A DNA stretch of 64,000 nt from a virus (IMGVR_UViG_3300035670_000138:1-64000), one strand, 5' to 3'; positions 33,397-44,066 are shown, counted from the stretch's first letter. Program-made: numbers and translations. Notes: generated by a model not told the origin, from the letters alone.

Positions 33397-36266
33397 TATA
33401 ATTTTCCTGCTTCTTTCAACGCTTGTATAGCTTTTTCTCTAGATATTTTATTAGCTTTCATAACCTTCTCTATACCTCTTTCTTGAGATTCTGTATACCC
33501 TGATTGAGTTATGCTTTGCTCTTTACCAGTTTTAGCCATACCATATTTATCGTATGGGAATCCTTTATCAGATCCGTTTTTATTAACATACTCATAAAGG
33601 TCGTCAGAGAATTTTACTTTATTTTTAATAACTTTTTCCAACTCCTTAGCTCTTTTTAAATTTTCTTTTTCACTCAATTTTTCATTGTATTGAAGACTCA
33701 TTATTCTTTCGCCTTCTTTTTCAGTAAATTGAGCACCTAACGTTGGACGTAATGTTTCTTGGATAGCAGATTGAATTGAATCTCTAGCACTAATTGAATC
33801 CTCTGTTCTAATAGCATCTGGTAAATATCCTACAAATCCTCCACTAATAGAGTCTTTGCCTGATTTTAAAATATTAATACCTTTATTTATTTTATCTAAG
33901 TTAGATATTAATTGTGGTCTATCTTTAGTTTGATATTCTACTCCAGTTTTAGCTAATTGCTTCATCTTCTCTTTTTCAAATACCGAATCTTTGCTATCAC
34001 CGTATAATCTCTCAGCACCTTTATCTGTAACTCTAACTAGATCATTACCTACTTTGTAAATATTTTTACTAGAAGGAGTTTTAGCTCCTTGATATTTTGA
34101 TAGTAATTCTGCCATTTTACTTAATTGATCTAACTTTTGAGTTTTAGCTGTTGACTCTTTTTGTTCGATATTCTTAGCTAAATCCATATTTAATGGCTTA
34201 TAGTATGGGTTATAGTTCGCTGCAGCTCTATCCATAATGTCGGCAAATGTCGACCAATTCTTCATAGATTGACTTACTGGTTCTTCTTTATTATAATCTT
34301 TTACCATCTTATTATATTGAGATAATATTTTTTTATGTTCAGCAGCAGGATCAAATTCTTCCTCTTGTTCTTCTTTTGTTTGAAGATTTGGAGATTTTGC
34401 TTCCTGATTAACTTCTTGAACTGAAGCAGGTTGTCTTTGTAATGGTTGAGTTGTTGGTTCCATTTCTTCAGCTTCTTGCATAGCAGCTAATTCTGAAGCT
34501 TTTTGCATTTCTAATTCTTCATCAGAAAGAACTGTTCCTCCTCCGTTGAACTTAGCTTTAGCTTTTAATTGTTCTTGGTATTCTCTAGGAACACCTTCGA
34601 CAATGTCTTTATCACCTAGATCTTGTAAATCAGCTTTTCCTCTTAGAAGATCCATTAATCTTTGTTGTTGAGATACGTTTAATACCATTTCACCGGAATT
34701 AAGCTTTGCATCAACTCTATCGCCTGCATATGAATCTCCTTTAACCACATTTCCTTGGTTATTAGACTTATGCATTAGATCGCCATTTTCAGCTTTATAA
34801 TATGTTCCGCCATCTTGAGCAGCGAATGGATTAGCAAACTGTTGAGCTGCTTGTAATCTTTGAGCTAATACGTTTTCAGGTTGAGCAAACTGAACATTAG
34901 TATCTAACTTTAGTTCAGGTTTAGCTTGTGGTTTTTGAGAACTTAGAGAAGATACTATGTCGGTCATAGCCGATAGTTTATCTTTTGTATCATTACTTAA
35001 CCCCTCTACTTTTTTAGAAGGAGCTTTACTTTCTATTTTTTTACCTGAACCTCCCATTCCTCCATATTCAGGTCTAAATGGAATATCTGCAGATTCTTTA
35101 GTAACATACTCAGATCTTTGAGGATTAAATGTATTTTTTAATTCATTATCTGTTAATTTTTTACTAAATATATCAAGTCCTGAAGGTACTTTAGTTTGAG
35201 GTTGACTAACTGGAGGAGGTGTTAACATTGCAGGAGTTTCATTAGTTTGGAAAAGATCTGGTACTTGTGCCTCAGTATTTTGAGGTCTATATATCAATGC
35301 TCCACCATCTGCATGAATTACGTTACCGTCTTTTGCATGAATTACTCCGCCATCTTTAAATAGAGATCCAAATGCACCTCCCAATCCGGCTCCTGCTTTC
35401 ATACCTTCAGCAGCCCCTTTAGGACCACCTGCGTAAGCTCCGATTCCGGCTCCTATTAAAGTACCAATAGCCTGTCCTCCGCTTCCTTTTTGTGGCATAC
35501 TAGCTGCCATCTGAGCGTAAGCATTTGTAGCAGATTGTCCTGCTCCTGCTTTAGCTAATTGGTTTTGGAATTGCTGTTGATCTCTTCCAATATTGTACAT
35601 AGTTGATTGATTTTGTAATGCAGCTTTTTGATTTTCAATAGCCTGTCTAGCAGCAAGATTTTGCTGATTAGTTTGCATTCTAGCTGCAGTATTTGCTTGA
35701 GCAATTCTATCTTTAGCACTAGCTAAATTAGCTCCTCTCCCATAGTCAGCTTGTTCCATTTGTCCTGCCATACTACCCATTTGTTGAGCAGCTTGTGCTC
35801 TATTGGCACTAGATTGTGCAGCCATTTGCATAGCTTTTTGGCGAGCATTTGAAGCATCAGCTTGTTGACCTGATAAAGAAGCAGCTAATTGTGCTCCAGA
35901 ATCAAGAGTTCCTCTACTAGCCATTTCTTGCATTAAACCTTGTTGTCTAGACTTAGCAGAAGCATCTGCTTGTCCTAACATTTCTTCCATAGCTAATTTA
36001 TCTTCAGGAGTTAATCCTTTTTCAGATCTTTCTTTTATAGATTGCAATGCTTGCATCTGAGCTTGTTTTAAACGAGGATCTGTCTGTACGTCTTCTAATG
36101 CAGATGGTCCTAATTCTTCAGCTTCAAGTAATCCTACTAATTCTGGATTCTTTAATACTAATTCCTGAAGTTCCGGTAAAGGAAGTTTCTTTAGCATTTC
36201 CATTTGTTCAGCTTGTGCTGCCATTGCTGCTCTTTGTTCTGCAGGAATTTTTTGTTTCTTACCCAT
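33396..36266 (-). CDS. large Q/A-rich low-complexity virion protein (956 aa); putative internal/ejection protein
   Basis: Long Gln/Ala-rich tracts are present. Its start codon overlaps the stop of the upstream gene. Confidence 0.4.
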   Translation of the reverse strand: MGKKQKIPAEQRAAMAAQAEQMEMLKKLPLPELQELVLKNPELVGLLEAEELGPSALEDVQTDPRLKQAQMQALQSIKERSEKGLTPEDKLAMEEMLGQADASAKSRQQGLMQEMASRGTLDSGAQLAASLSGQQADASNARQKAMQMAAQSSANRAQAAQQMGSMAGQMEQADYGRGANLASAKDRIAQANTAARMQTNQQNLAARQAIENQKAALQNQSTMYNIGRDQQQFQNQLAKAGAGQSATNAYAQMAASMPQKGSGGQAIGTLIGAGIGAYAGGPKGAAEGMKAGAGLGGAFGSLFKDGGVIHAKDGNVIHADGGALIYRPQNTEAQVPDLFQTNETPAMLTPPPVSQPQTKVPSGLDIFSKKLTDNELKNTFNPQRSEYVTKESADIPFRPEYGGMGGSGKKIESKAPSKKVEGLSNDTKDKLSAMTDIVSSLSSQKPQAKPELKLDTNVQFAQPENVLAQRLQAAQQFANPFAAQDGGTYYKAENGDLMHKSNNQGNVVKGDSYAGDRVDAKLNSGEMVLNVSQQQRLMDLLRGKADLQDLGDKDIVEGVPREYQEQLKAKAKFNGGGTVLSDEELEMQKASELAAMQEAEEMEPTTQPLQRQPASVQEVNQEAKSPNLQTKEEQEEEFDPAAEHKKILSQYNKMVKDYNKEEPVSQSMKNWSTFADIMDRAAANYNPYYKPLNMDLAKNIEQKESTAKTQKLDQLSKMAELLSKYQGAKTPSSKNIYKVGNDLVRVTDKGAERLYGDSKDSVFEKEKMKQLAKTGVEYQTKDRPQLISNLDKINKGINILKSGKDSISGGFVGYLPDAIRTEDSISARDSIQSAIQETLRPTLGAQFTEKEGERIMSLQYNEKLSEKENLKRAKELEKVIKNKVKFSDDLYEYVNKNGSDKGFPYDKYGMAKTGKEQSITQSGYTESQERGIEKVMKANKISREKAIQALKEAGKL

Positions 36267-36270
36267 TCTA

Positions 36271-36615
36271 TTATTCTCCTAAAATATCGTAACAATAATT
36301 TTTTATATATGGTTCGTTCTCATCTCGTCCTGTAAACTTAAATCCGAGTTTAAGGTGAATTTCGTCACTTTTTTCAAAGCCAGATTTACGTTCAGAAGTA
36401 CTAGAGAACATATAATTATAACCTTTTTGTTTAAATTCTTCAATCATTTTTTTTAAGGTTCCTGTAACTTTTCCTTGACCTCTTATCTCTGGAATAGAAT
36501 ATACATCAAATATGTACACATTATCATTTTCAACTAAATAAGTAATAAAAAACTCATCGGTATATACACAATCAACATTTTCAGTTTCTTTAATATAATC
36601 TGCGTATAATTTCAT
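36271..36615 (-). CDS. GNAT-family N-acetyltransferase (114 aa)
   Basis: The acetyl-CoA-binding motif-A-like segment is IPEIRGQGKVTGTLKKMIEEF, and the rest of the sequence has the features of a GNAT β-sheet core. Confidence 0.5.
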   Translation of the reverse strand: MKLYADYIKETENVDCVYTDEFFITYLVENDNVYIFDVYSIPEIRGQGKVTGTLKKMIEEFKQKGYNYMFSSTSERKSGFEKSDEIHLKLGFKFTGRDENEPYIKNYCYDILGE

Positions 36616-38291
36616 TATTTAGTTCTCAATTTACTTAAAAGTTGAGTCATTTCATCTTGTGTTAATCTATCTCTAGTATTCTCTTTCATTAAGTCAGTTC
36701 CTTGAGTTCCTGCAAGCTTAGATAACGCCGAGTATCTTGCCATTTGTTCAGGACTTGCTAGTGACTCTCTTCTAATGTCAGCTCCAGATCTTAAGTCATC
36801 TAAACTTAGACCTCCCTGAACTCCTTCTAACTCTTTAGCCAGTAATTTATTATAATCGAAAGATTTAGCTCTAGAACCGATATCTGATATTTTATTTACT
36901 AAATCAGATACGTTAAATGTCGCTCTGTTATAAACGCCTAAAGTATTAGGATCTATTCCGCCGAATTTACCTGTGTCAGACATTCCTAAAAGAGCTAGGT
37001 CTTGTTGAGATAATTTACCTAATGCTGTATTTCCTATTGCAGCATTTAATCTAGCTTCTGCGTTCTTTCCACCAGTAAACTGTATTCCCTTAAGTTTAGC
37101 AGCGTCACCTGTTGATATATAATCTTTAAGGTTTTGTAACTGATTTATTTCTCCTGACCCTGAAACTCCTGTATTGAGTTGTTTTAATCTTTCAATTTGT
37201 TTATCAATATCTGCCATGTTTGAGATGCCGTATTGATTTCTACCAACATTGGTCATTCCCGTAAATAGATCCGACAATAATTGTTGTCTACCTTCAGCAG
37301 TTCCCATATTTAATTGATTCTGTAAAGCTTGCAATCTTTCTTGAGTACCTGTTTGTAATCCAGTTAACTCATCTAGCTGAGCTTTTCTTGCAGCTTGTTC
37401 TGCAGCTACTTGAGCGTCTAGATCTGTTATAACTTGTTTACTAGCACCAGTTGTCTGCTCTTGTAATCCAGTTCTAAAGTCCTGAGCACCTTGTTCGGCT
37501 CCTTGTAAAGCTGCTGCTTGTTCTTGTAAAGCACCTTGTATTCCTCCCTGAGCTTGTTTTGCAGCTCCTTGAGCCTGTTGAGCTAATGCTTGTCTAGCTC
37601 CTTGATCTGAACCTACAATAAGAGCATCTAGCCCTTGTTGTCCTTGAGTATATTGTTGTCCGCCTTGAGCGAATCTTTGTTTAAGTAATTCTCTTCTTCC
37701 TTCATCACTTGCAGATCTTCCTGCTTGTTGTTGAAGCCTTGCAGCTTCTGCTTGTTGAGGAGATAAGTTCATACTTTGAATTTGACCAAATCCCTCGTTA
37801 CCTGTAGCTAAGTTTCTAAATCTTCCCACATCAGTTTCAGACAGTTCTTGTCCTTGATTTGCAGCTTGGATTTGTTGATTAGCGAAATTCTTCGCAGCTT
37901 CCATTCTTGCATTGTACTGAGTTACTTGATTTTGCTGAGCTTGTTGTTGTTTAGCGACTTGCTCGCCAACATTACTTGCTTGCTTTTCTAAAACAGATCC
38001 TGCAGCTTTAGCCATATTTGCAGCTTGCGGTTGGTTAGCTTGTGCATACTTCTGAATGTTAGTAAACATTCCTGAAGAAGCTTTAGGCTGTTTGTTTTGA
38101 GATGGTTGAGCTTGTCCTGCTGCTTGTTGGGCGGTGTTTGCACCTGCTTGGATTGTTGCAGGTTGAGAGGGTGCGGACGCACCTGAATCGGTAGGTTGTT
38201 GGGTAGGAGCTGTCTGTCCACCTTGGCTAAGAGGTGTAGAAGAAGCTACCTGTTGTTGTTGATTGCCCGTATTTGAAGCATCGTAAGCCAT
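36615..38291 (-). CDS. Q-rich low-complexity virion protein (558 aa); first gene after a late-promoter motif
   Basis: The N-terminus is Gln/Ala/Thr-rich. The conserved motif lies 23 nt upstream of its ATG. Confidence 0.45.
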   Translation of the reverse strand: MAYDASNTGNQQQQVASSTPLSQGGQTAPTQQPTDSGASAPSQPATIQAGANTAQQAAGQAQPSQNKQPKASSGMFTNIQKYAQANQPQAANMAKAAGSVLEKQASNVGEQVAKQQQAQQNQVTQYNARMEAAKNFANQQIQAANQGQELSETDVGRFRNLATGNEGFGQIQSMNLSPQQAEAARLQQQAGRSASDEGRRELLKQRFAQGGQQYTQGQQGLDALIVGSDQGARQALAQQAQGAAKQAQGGIQGALQEQAAALQGAEQGAQDFRTGLQEQTTGASKQVITDLDAQVAAEQAARKAQLDELTGLQTGTQERLQALQNQLNMGTAEGRQQLLSDLFTGMTNVGRNQYGISNMADIDKQIERLKQLNTGVSGSGEINQLQNLKDYISTGDAAKLKGIQFTGGKNAEARLNAAIGNTALGKLSQQDLALLGMSDTGKFGGIDPNTLGVYNRATFNVSDLVNKISDIGSRAKSFDYNKLLAKELEGVQGGLSLDDLRSGADIRRESLASPEQMARYSALSKLAGTQGTDLMKENTRDRLTQDEMTQLLSKLRTK

Positions 38292-38314
38292 GAATGTCCT
38301 TTAATATATCATCT

Positions 38315-38334
38315 CTATATATAGTTGTTAATTT
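38315..38334 (-). promoter_or_regulatory. conserved late motif copy 1 (- strand: AAATTAACAACTATATATAG); putative late promoter
   Basis: It is one of four near-identical 20-mers, each upstream of a - strand gene start. Confidence 0.5.
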
Positions 38335-38384
38335 AACTAAGTAAAATTATTAAAAAAATTCAAAAAACGAATAATATCAATACA

Positions 38385-38789
38385 TTAGTAAAAAATGATT
38401 GTTAGTCTGTATTTATTGTTAGCTTGTAACCCTGTAATATTATTTACTTGTATAAATCCTCCGGCTAACCTAGTGAAACTTATGAAGGGTTGCTGAGTGG
38501 GATATATACTTGGATTTGAAAGGTTTATAGCATCAATTACTTGATGTCCTCTTACTGTACTTAAATCTGTGGCAATTTTATTGTTTAGTAAAGGTTTACC
38601 TGTAGAATCAACTGTTATATCTACAGTTTTGATATTCTCGACCTTATTTTCAAAGTCAATTCTTTTATCGGCTAATTCTACAACTTCTTGCATAAAGGAG
38701 TTTAATATCCCTCCTAATTGTCCCATAGGTTGCTGTAGTTCTTCAGGAAAGTCTTCGGCACGTATTTGCCTTACATTATTTAATTTCAT
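38385..38789 (-). CDS. hypothetical virion-module protein (134 aa)
   Basis: ORF. Confidence 0.45.
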   Translation of the reverse strand: MKLNNVRQIRAEDFPEELQQPMGQLGGILNSFMQEVVELADKRIDFENKVENIKTVDITVDSTGKPLLNNKIATDLSTVRGHQVIDAINLSNPSIYPTQQPFISFTRLAGGFIQVNNITGLQANNKYRLTIIFY

Positions 38790-38797
38790 CTTATATC

Positions 38798-41700
38798 CTA
38801 TTTATAGGCTCTAGAAGATACTGCTCTAACAACTCCTGAGATACCTAAAATTCTGAAGTATTCTCTAGCATTTTCATGAACGAAAGCTAAACTTAAGTAT
38901 CTACATCTTTGTTTAGTTCTAGGTACTATATCTCTGAAAGGTATGTCATTACCATCTCCTCCCCAAAAGTGGTTAGGATCTGACCAAGGCATGTCCCCGA
39001 AATAACCTATTCCCTTACCTTTAAAAGGAACTTCTTCGAAGTCTTGAGCAACATCTGAAGCATATTTAGCAATAGCATCATTGAAGTTATTTTGGTCGAA
39101 CATTATCGAGATTTCTCTAACCTGTTTTAAAGCAGAAGGATCGCCAAAATGTTGAGGATTCCACTCGATTTCTTTATCGAAGTGTTTGTATACCATAATC
39201 TCTCCTTCTAGGAAAGGTCTGGCAGTATGAACAGTTATTTCATTTGTCTGAACGTCTACTTCAGTAATATATGCTTCATATACAACAGTTTCTGGCTTTT
39301 TATAACTTTTTATCGAAGTTATTGTATCAGGGAAGTTAAGTTCGTCAACTAGAGTTTCGGTTAACGTTCTATAGTTAGTACTGTTAAAAACTTTAGCAGT
39401 TATATTTACGGCATCTAAAGTTACTAAATAGTCGTTTAAATTCTGGAGCTTCTCTGCAATATCATCTCCTGCAGATACTTTAAATGAATCATACATTGTC
39501 GAGCTTATTGGAGGTACAATCCCTGAATCAAATTTGTCCATTTTATTTAACAATCTATTATTAACATAAGTAATAGTTACTAATTGAGTTTGAGTAATAA
39601 CATCGCTAGTCTTAACATCAGTTAGACTTGATATTACCATTTTATTTTCAACAACAGTTCCTTCTGATATTGTTCTAGTAAACTCTCTATCTGCATGATC
39701 CGTTCTATTACTATTTTTTCTTTCTTGCATTAAATAGTTTCTAGTAGAACTTCCTAAATATAGTCGATCATCTCTTGTTGCAACATATCCACAATTAGCG
39801 TCTATTTCCCATCTAGTCCATGTTCTTTCAAATATGTTATATCTAAAGGCTTGAGTTGCATATGTATCTGTAGTTTTAGTTGGAGCAAACATGATATAAG
39901 CTCTATCGTTTTCATAAGCAATACCGAAAGATAATAACTTGTAGTCAACTCTATGGTTAGCAAATGCATCGATTAGATTCTCAATTCCTCCAGAAATAAT
40001 GCCTACACCCGAGTCAGTTATTGTAACAATTCCTTGCTCAGTTAAGCAATATATTTGGTTATTTAAAACTCTAGCAGTATCTGGAGCAATAATCCTAGTA
40101 TTGTCAAGAAGTCTTACTGAAAAGTTTGGAGCCGAAGTTCCTGAAACGATAAATACTCCGTCTTCTTTTAGTACGAATAAATTATCTCTTAGAGCCAATA
40201 TTCTCCATATTTCCGCATCTTTTCCGCCAACATCAATATAGTTAACTATAGGTACTGCCTCTGGTTCATTTACTTTTGAGAAGTATAATCTATTTTGAGA
40301 TTCTAGATTGTCAGACTCTAAATCTGCTGTAAAAATTGCACTATTATCTACTAAAAATCCGTTAGTCATGTCGTCGCTATCTATCGTTACAAGATTCGCA
40401 ACAGGTATAGTAAAGCTATTAGCATCAACTACAGTTATTGTAAATATTCCCGATATTTCAGCAGGAGCGTCTAAATCTAATGCATCAGGTAAGAAAGATA
40501 CAAATACTTCATCTCCAGTTGAATATCCATGACCTGTTAATGTTATCTTTGTGGCAGGTCCTGTTCCCTGTAATCTCTCCATAGGTTTAGAGAAAGGAAC
40601 TTCAGGGCTAAATTCAAGCCCAATGCTTGTGTTAGCAGGTTCATCTATTGAAATGTAAAATTGTTTATCTTCTAAGGTTTTATTCTCTAAAAGGATAATA
40701 CCCGGCAAATCAGTTGAGCCTGATAAATAATATGCGTTTACTGGAGAATTTGAATCTCTGTTTATCGTTTTTACTAAGCTTCTAGCAGTTTCATCGATAG
40801 ATTGAGCTACTGAGATTAACCCTGAAAGAAGTACATCTCCTCCGGCTTCTGTGTCAAAATCTTCACCAGAACCTTGAGTTGTTACTGATATAGACCATCC
40901 TGTACCGATGTCTGTAGCAGGAGTATTAGTTATAGTAGTTATATCGTCTACTGAGCCATTATTTGCATGTAGTATTCTAATTTGATTAGCAGCTACTGTT
41001 GAACCTGTATCAAACGGATTTGTGACAGTTTCAATTAAAAAGTCGAAATTATCATTTAAAGCGTCGTATATAGCATCAACTATTTCTTGTTGAGTCATTC
41101 CTGTTGTTAAAGATACTCTATAGCCGAGTCTTCCTTCAATTTCAGGGTTAGTCCCTGTCCCGTCCTTATCGAACCATAGGTAAAACTTTCTTTCGTTATT
41201 TGATGAGTTTAATAGAATATACGAACTATTCGCAGTATCCGCAAATGTACCTGCAGTAATTGTAGTGTCTTCAGCTACACCTACAAAAGTATAGTATCTA
41301 GTTGTGTCTTCATTTCCGACAATAAATCTTGTTGAACCGCTAACAAAGTCGTCAATTGATAGTATGTTAAATTGTAATCTATGTCTAGACTTAGTGTTAG
41401 CATAGAACATTGAGTTTCTAAATAGCTCCATATCTAGCGATATTGGAGGAGGTTCGTTTGATTGAAGTATCCCTTGACCTGTTACTTGGTTTGTATATAA
41501 CGGAGCTGATGATGCTCTAAAGCTCTCAGGAACATTGTCTACAAACGATATTTCACCATTAGTTATATCCGAATCAAGGATGCTAGATTCGTATACTAAA
41601 TTCATCTCATCGCCCGGATCTAGATCGGTTAGTTCTAATCCTTCGACAGATTCGATATATGCAGTTCTATAAATTTGATAAAAGTAAGAAGTGGTTATAT

Positions 41701-42751
41701 TGTTAGGAACAGTTAAAGTTACTTCAACATTAGCACTATTTCCAACAGTAACAGAGCCGTCATTTGTTTTAGTTACAGTTATATTCGGAGTTCCACCTGA
41801 AGCTTCGCTTATATCTTGAATGTCGCCTTCTTCACTATTGGTAATTATTACTTTAGTATTATCTCCAATATCAATTTCAGTTGTTATTTCAGGGATATTA
41901 GCGGCTAGATCGTTGGCGAGTATTGCTGCAACTACGTCATTAGCAGTAGATCCTCCTGTCTGAATCTTAATATAAGTAGTGCCAATAGTGTCGGCTTTTT
42001 TAGGAGGGGTAGCTGTTCCAGATACTTCGAAATATACTGTATACTTTAGTTCTAGAGTATTTAATAGAAAATAGTCACCATTAGCAATACCTGCAGCATT
42101 ATCTATTTTTACAGAAGATGCTTCTAACACTTTAACGTCATCAGAATAATTGGTTACTACATATCTTGCACTCGGAGATCCGAGAATTAAATTATTATTT
42201 TCATCTTTGGTTCCAAATAAAATTCTGTATGCAACTTTTGATTGTGGAGGTAAAAATCCTCCGCCTGTTGCAGGAACAGTAACTGCGAAGAGGTCTGAAC
42301 CTTTTATACCTCCGGCATCTGTTATATTTAATGTACTAGTTGAAGACATTCCTGAGTTATTTTTTAACGATATCTTCTTAATACCTTCAGCAGTAGTGAT
42401 GTACATATTACCGTTAGATTCTTCCCACTTAATTCTATAGTTTTGTAGAACTTCTTGGAAAGATCCTGATACTGGCTGAAAATCAGAGTTTTCATCTTCA
42501 AACTCAAACTTATCAGCATAATATCTGATTATTCTATTTTTGTATTCTATAATTTGTTTGATAGTATTGGCAGTTGATTCTGTTCCGCCTGTTGCTCCGC
42601 CAAAGTCATTAAGACCTCTTCTTGGAGTGATAACTCCGTCTTCGTCTACGTTAACGTTAGTTGCTTTACGTAGAGAACCTTCAGGGGTAGATAACTCCGA
42701 ACCATTAGTTACTAACCCGTGGCACTTTATAAGATTAGCTCTTTGTGACAT
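38798..42751 (-). CDS. giant structural protein (1317 aa); likely a tail or particle-associated protein
   Basis: It is the longest ORF in the window and sits in the late operon. I recognise no catalytic motifs. Confidence 0.45.
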   Translation of the reverse strand: MSQRANLIKCHGLVTNGSELSTPEGSLRKATNVNVDEDGVITPRRGLNDFGGATGGTESTANTIKQIIEYKNRIIRYYADKFEFEDENSDFQPVSGSFQEVLQNYRIKWEESNGNMYITTAEGIKKISLKNNSGMSSTSTLNITDAGGIKGSDLFAVTVPATGGGFLPPQSKVAYRILFGTKDENNNLILGSPSARYVVTNYSDDVKVLEASSVKIDNAAGIANGDYFLLNTLELKYTVYFEVSGTATPPKKADTIGTTYIKIQTGGSTANDVVAAILANDLAANIPEITTEIDIGDNTKVIITNSEEGDIQDISEASGGTPNITVTKTNDGSVTVGNSANVEVTLTVPNNITTSYFYQIYRTAYIESVEGLELTDLDPGDEMNLVYESSILDSDITNGEISFVDNVPESFRASSAPLYTNQVTGQGILQSNEPPPISLDMELFRNSMFYANTKSRHRLQFNILSIDDFVSGSTRFIVGNEDTTRYYTFVGVAEDTTITAGTFADTANSSYILLNSSNNERKFYLWFDKDGTGTNPEIEGRLGYRVSLTTGMTQQEIVDAIYDALNDNFDFLIETVTNPFDTGSTVAANQIRILHANNGSVDDITTITNTPATDIGTGWSISVTTQGSGEDFDTEAGGDVLLSGLISVAQSIDETARSLVKTINRDSNSPVNAYYLSGSTDLPGIILLENKTLEDKQFYISIDEPANTSIGLEFSPEVPFSKPMERLQGTGPATKITLTGHGYSTGDEVFVSFLPDALDLDAPAEISGIFTITVVDANSFTIPVANLVTIDSDDMTNGFLVDNSAIFTADLESDNLESQNRLYFSKVNEPEAVPIVNYIDVGGKDAEIWRILALRDNLFVLKEDGVFIVSGTSAPNFSVRLLDNTRIIAPDTARVLNNQIYCLTEQGIVTITDSGVGIISGGIENLIDAFANHRVDYKLLSFGIAYENDRAYIMFAPTKTTDTYATQAFRYNIFERTWTRWEIDANCGYVATRDDRLYLGSSTRNYLMQERKNSNRTDHADREFTRTISEGTVVENKMVISSLTDVKTSDVITQTQLVTITYVNNRLLNKMDKFDSGIVPPISSTMYDSFKVSAGDDIAEKLQNLNDYLVTLDAVNITAKVFNSTNYRTLTETLVDELNFPDTITSIKSYKKPETVVYEAYITEVDVQTNEITVHTARPFLEGEIMVYKHFDKEIEWNPQHFGDPSALKQVREISIMFDQNNFNDAIAKYASDVAQDFEEVPFKGKGIGYFGDMPWSDPNHFWGGDGNDIPFRDIVPRTKQRCRYLSLAFVHENAREYFRILGISGVVRAVSSRAYK

Positions 42752-43740
42752 TAGTATCCTTTTCTACGTCTTATATTTCTATTTATAAAAACGTCGGTTA
42801 ATGTTCCATGTCTTGGTTTGATCTTCTTAGGGGCTAATTCTACCCTATCGTCGACAATTTGAACTGTTGATGTAACCATACGATCTAATCTAACTTTAGC
42901 GTTATTTAATCCTTCAGTATCTCCCATTGCCTCTAAGATATGAACTGCAGTTAATTGTGCAAGAACTGGGTGCATTTCTGTTGGGATATTTGGTACTGGA
43001 CTTTCTTCAGCAAATGTGATATAATCACCTTGTTTTATGTTTACAAGTTGATCTTGAATATCCGAAGTATTAAACGATATAGTTTTTAAAGAAGAGTTAA
43101 CCGTTGTAGGTTGTAAATCCCAAGATAATATTTTGTTAGGACTTTTACTGTCAACAATGTCGTATTTAATAGTGCTTCCTAAACTTCCGTCTGTTAGCTG
43201 AAATTTATTGGGCATAGTTACAAATGTAAATGTAGTTATTCCTGTGTTTAGATCGTTATTAATAGTTTTAATAACCCCTGCTTCGCTAGTTTTAGTTAGA
43301 ACATTTGGTCTAATATAAAAGTATACTCTAACATATTCATAGCTTCTTGTAGGTTGGATTAACTTAATCTGATTTCCTTCAATATAGAATTTATCCATAC
43401 CGTAGTTGCTATAAGCTTCGTCGTGGTCAGGAAGTTCGGATATACCAATTTGAGTTAATTCCCAAACCTGACTAGATTCAATTAAGCTGATATCCATTAC
43501 TTTATTACCAATTGCTCTATCTGGAATATTGTAGATACCTTCATTATTAGCAGGAATATCGATATGAGTAGCTAAATGTCCCTCTTTTATCGACAATAAC
43601 TTATCTAATAATTGAACGTCCATTTCCTCATTGGCAATAGCCAAAATGTTTGTATCATCAAATGTTCGGTTGTCACTAGGAACCATTGCCCTATTTCTAA
43701 CCGATTCGATTAGCTTATCGCCAGTAAGTATTCTAGACAT
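42751..43740 (-). CDS. hypothetical structural-module protein (329 aa)
   Basis: ORF. Its stop overlaps the start of the next gene (ATGA). Confidence 0.45.
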   Translation of the reverse strand: MSRILTGDKLIESVRNRAMVPSDNRTFDDTNILAIANEEMDVQLLDKLLSIKEGHLATHIDIPANNEGIYNIPDRAIGNKVMDISLIESSQVWELTQIGISELPDHDEAYSNYGMDKFYIEGNQIKLIQPTRSYEYVRVYFYIRPNVLTKTSEAGVIKTINNDLNTGITTFTFVTMPNKFQLTDGSLGSTIKYDIVDSKSPNKILSWDLQPTTVNSSLKTISFNTSDIQDQLVNIKQGDYITFAEESPVPNIPTEMHPVLAQLTAVHILEAMGDTEGLNNAKVRLDRMVTSTVQIVDDRVELAPKKIKPRHGTLTDVFINRNIRRRKGY

Positions 43741-43743
43741 TTA

Positions 43744-44019
43744 TTACCCCAATATTTTCTTTTTGATAGCTTCTTTATCTACTGAACCACAAGCTTCGCA
43801 ACCTTTGCCTTCACATTTTGGACAAGATTCTTCCTCGCCGTTTTCCATTAGTTCTTCAGCCATCTCAAGACCTTCTTTAAGACCTTCCGGTGAAGAAGCT
43901 CCTACAGTTACTTGCATTGGCTTTTTAGGTAGAATAGATTTGAAATCTTCTCTACTTTTTTGTTTCATTTTCCCCTTAAGCATTTTAAGCATTTCTTTTC
44001 TTGCTTCTAATTTGTCCAT
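43744..44019 (-). CDS. small zinc-ribbon protein (CPKCEGKGCEACG); first gene after late motif copy 2
   Basis: It has a Cys4 pattern and an acidic region. The motif lies 27 nt upstream. Confidence 0.45.
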   Translation of the reverse strand: MDKLEARKEMLKMLKGKMKQKSREDFKSILPKKPMQVTVGASSPEGLKEGLEMAEELMENGEEESCPKCEGKGCEACGSVDKEAIKKKILG

Positions 44020-44046
44020 GTACTACCCCTTTCTTAAATAACCTAT

Positions 44047-44066
44047 CTATATATAGTTGTTAAATT
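44047..44066 (-). promoter_or_regulatory. conserved late motif copy 2 (- strand: AATTTAACAACTATATATAG)
   Basis: Same 20-mer as copy 1. Confidence 0.5.
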
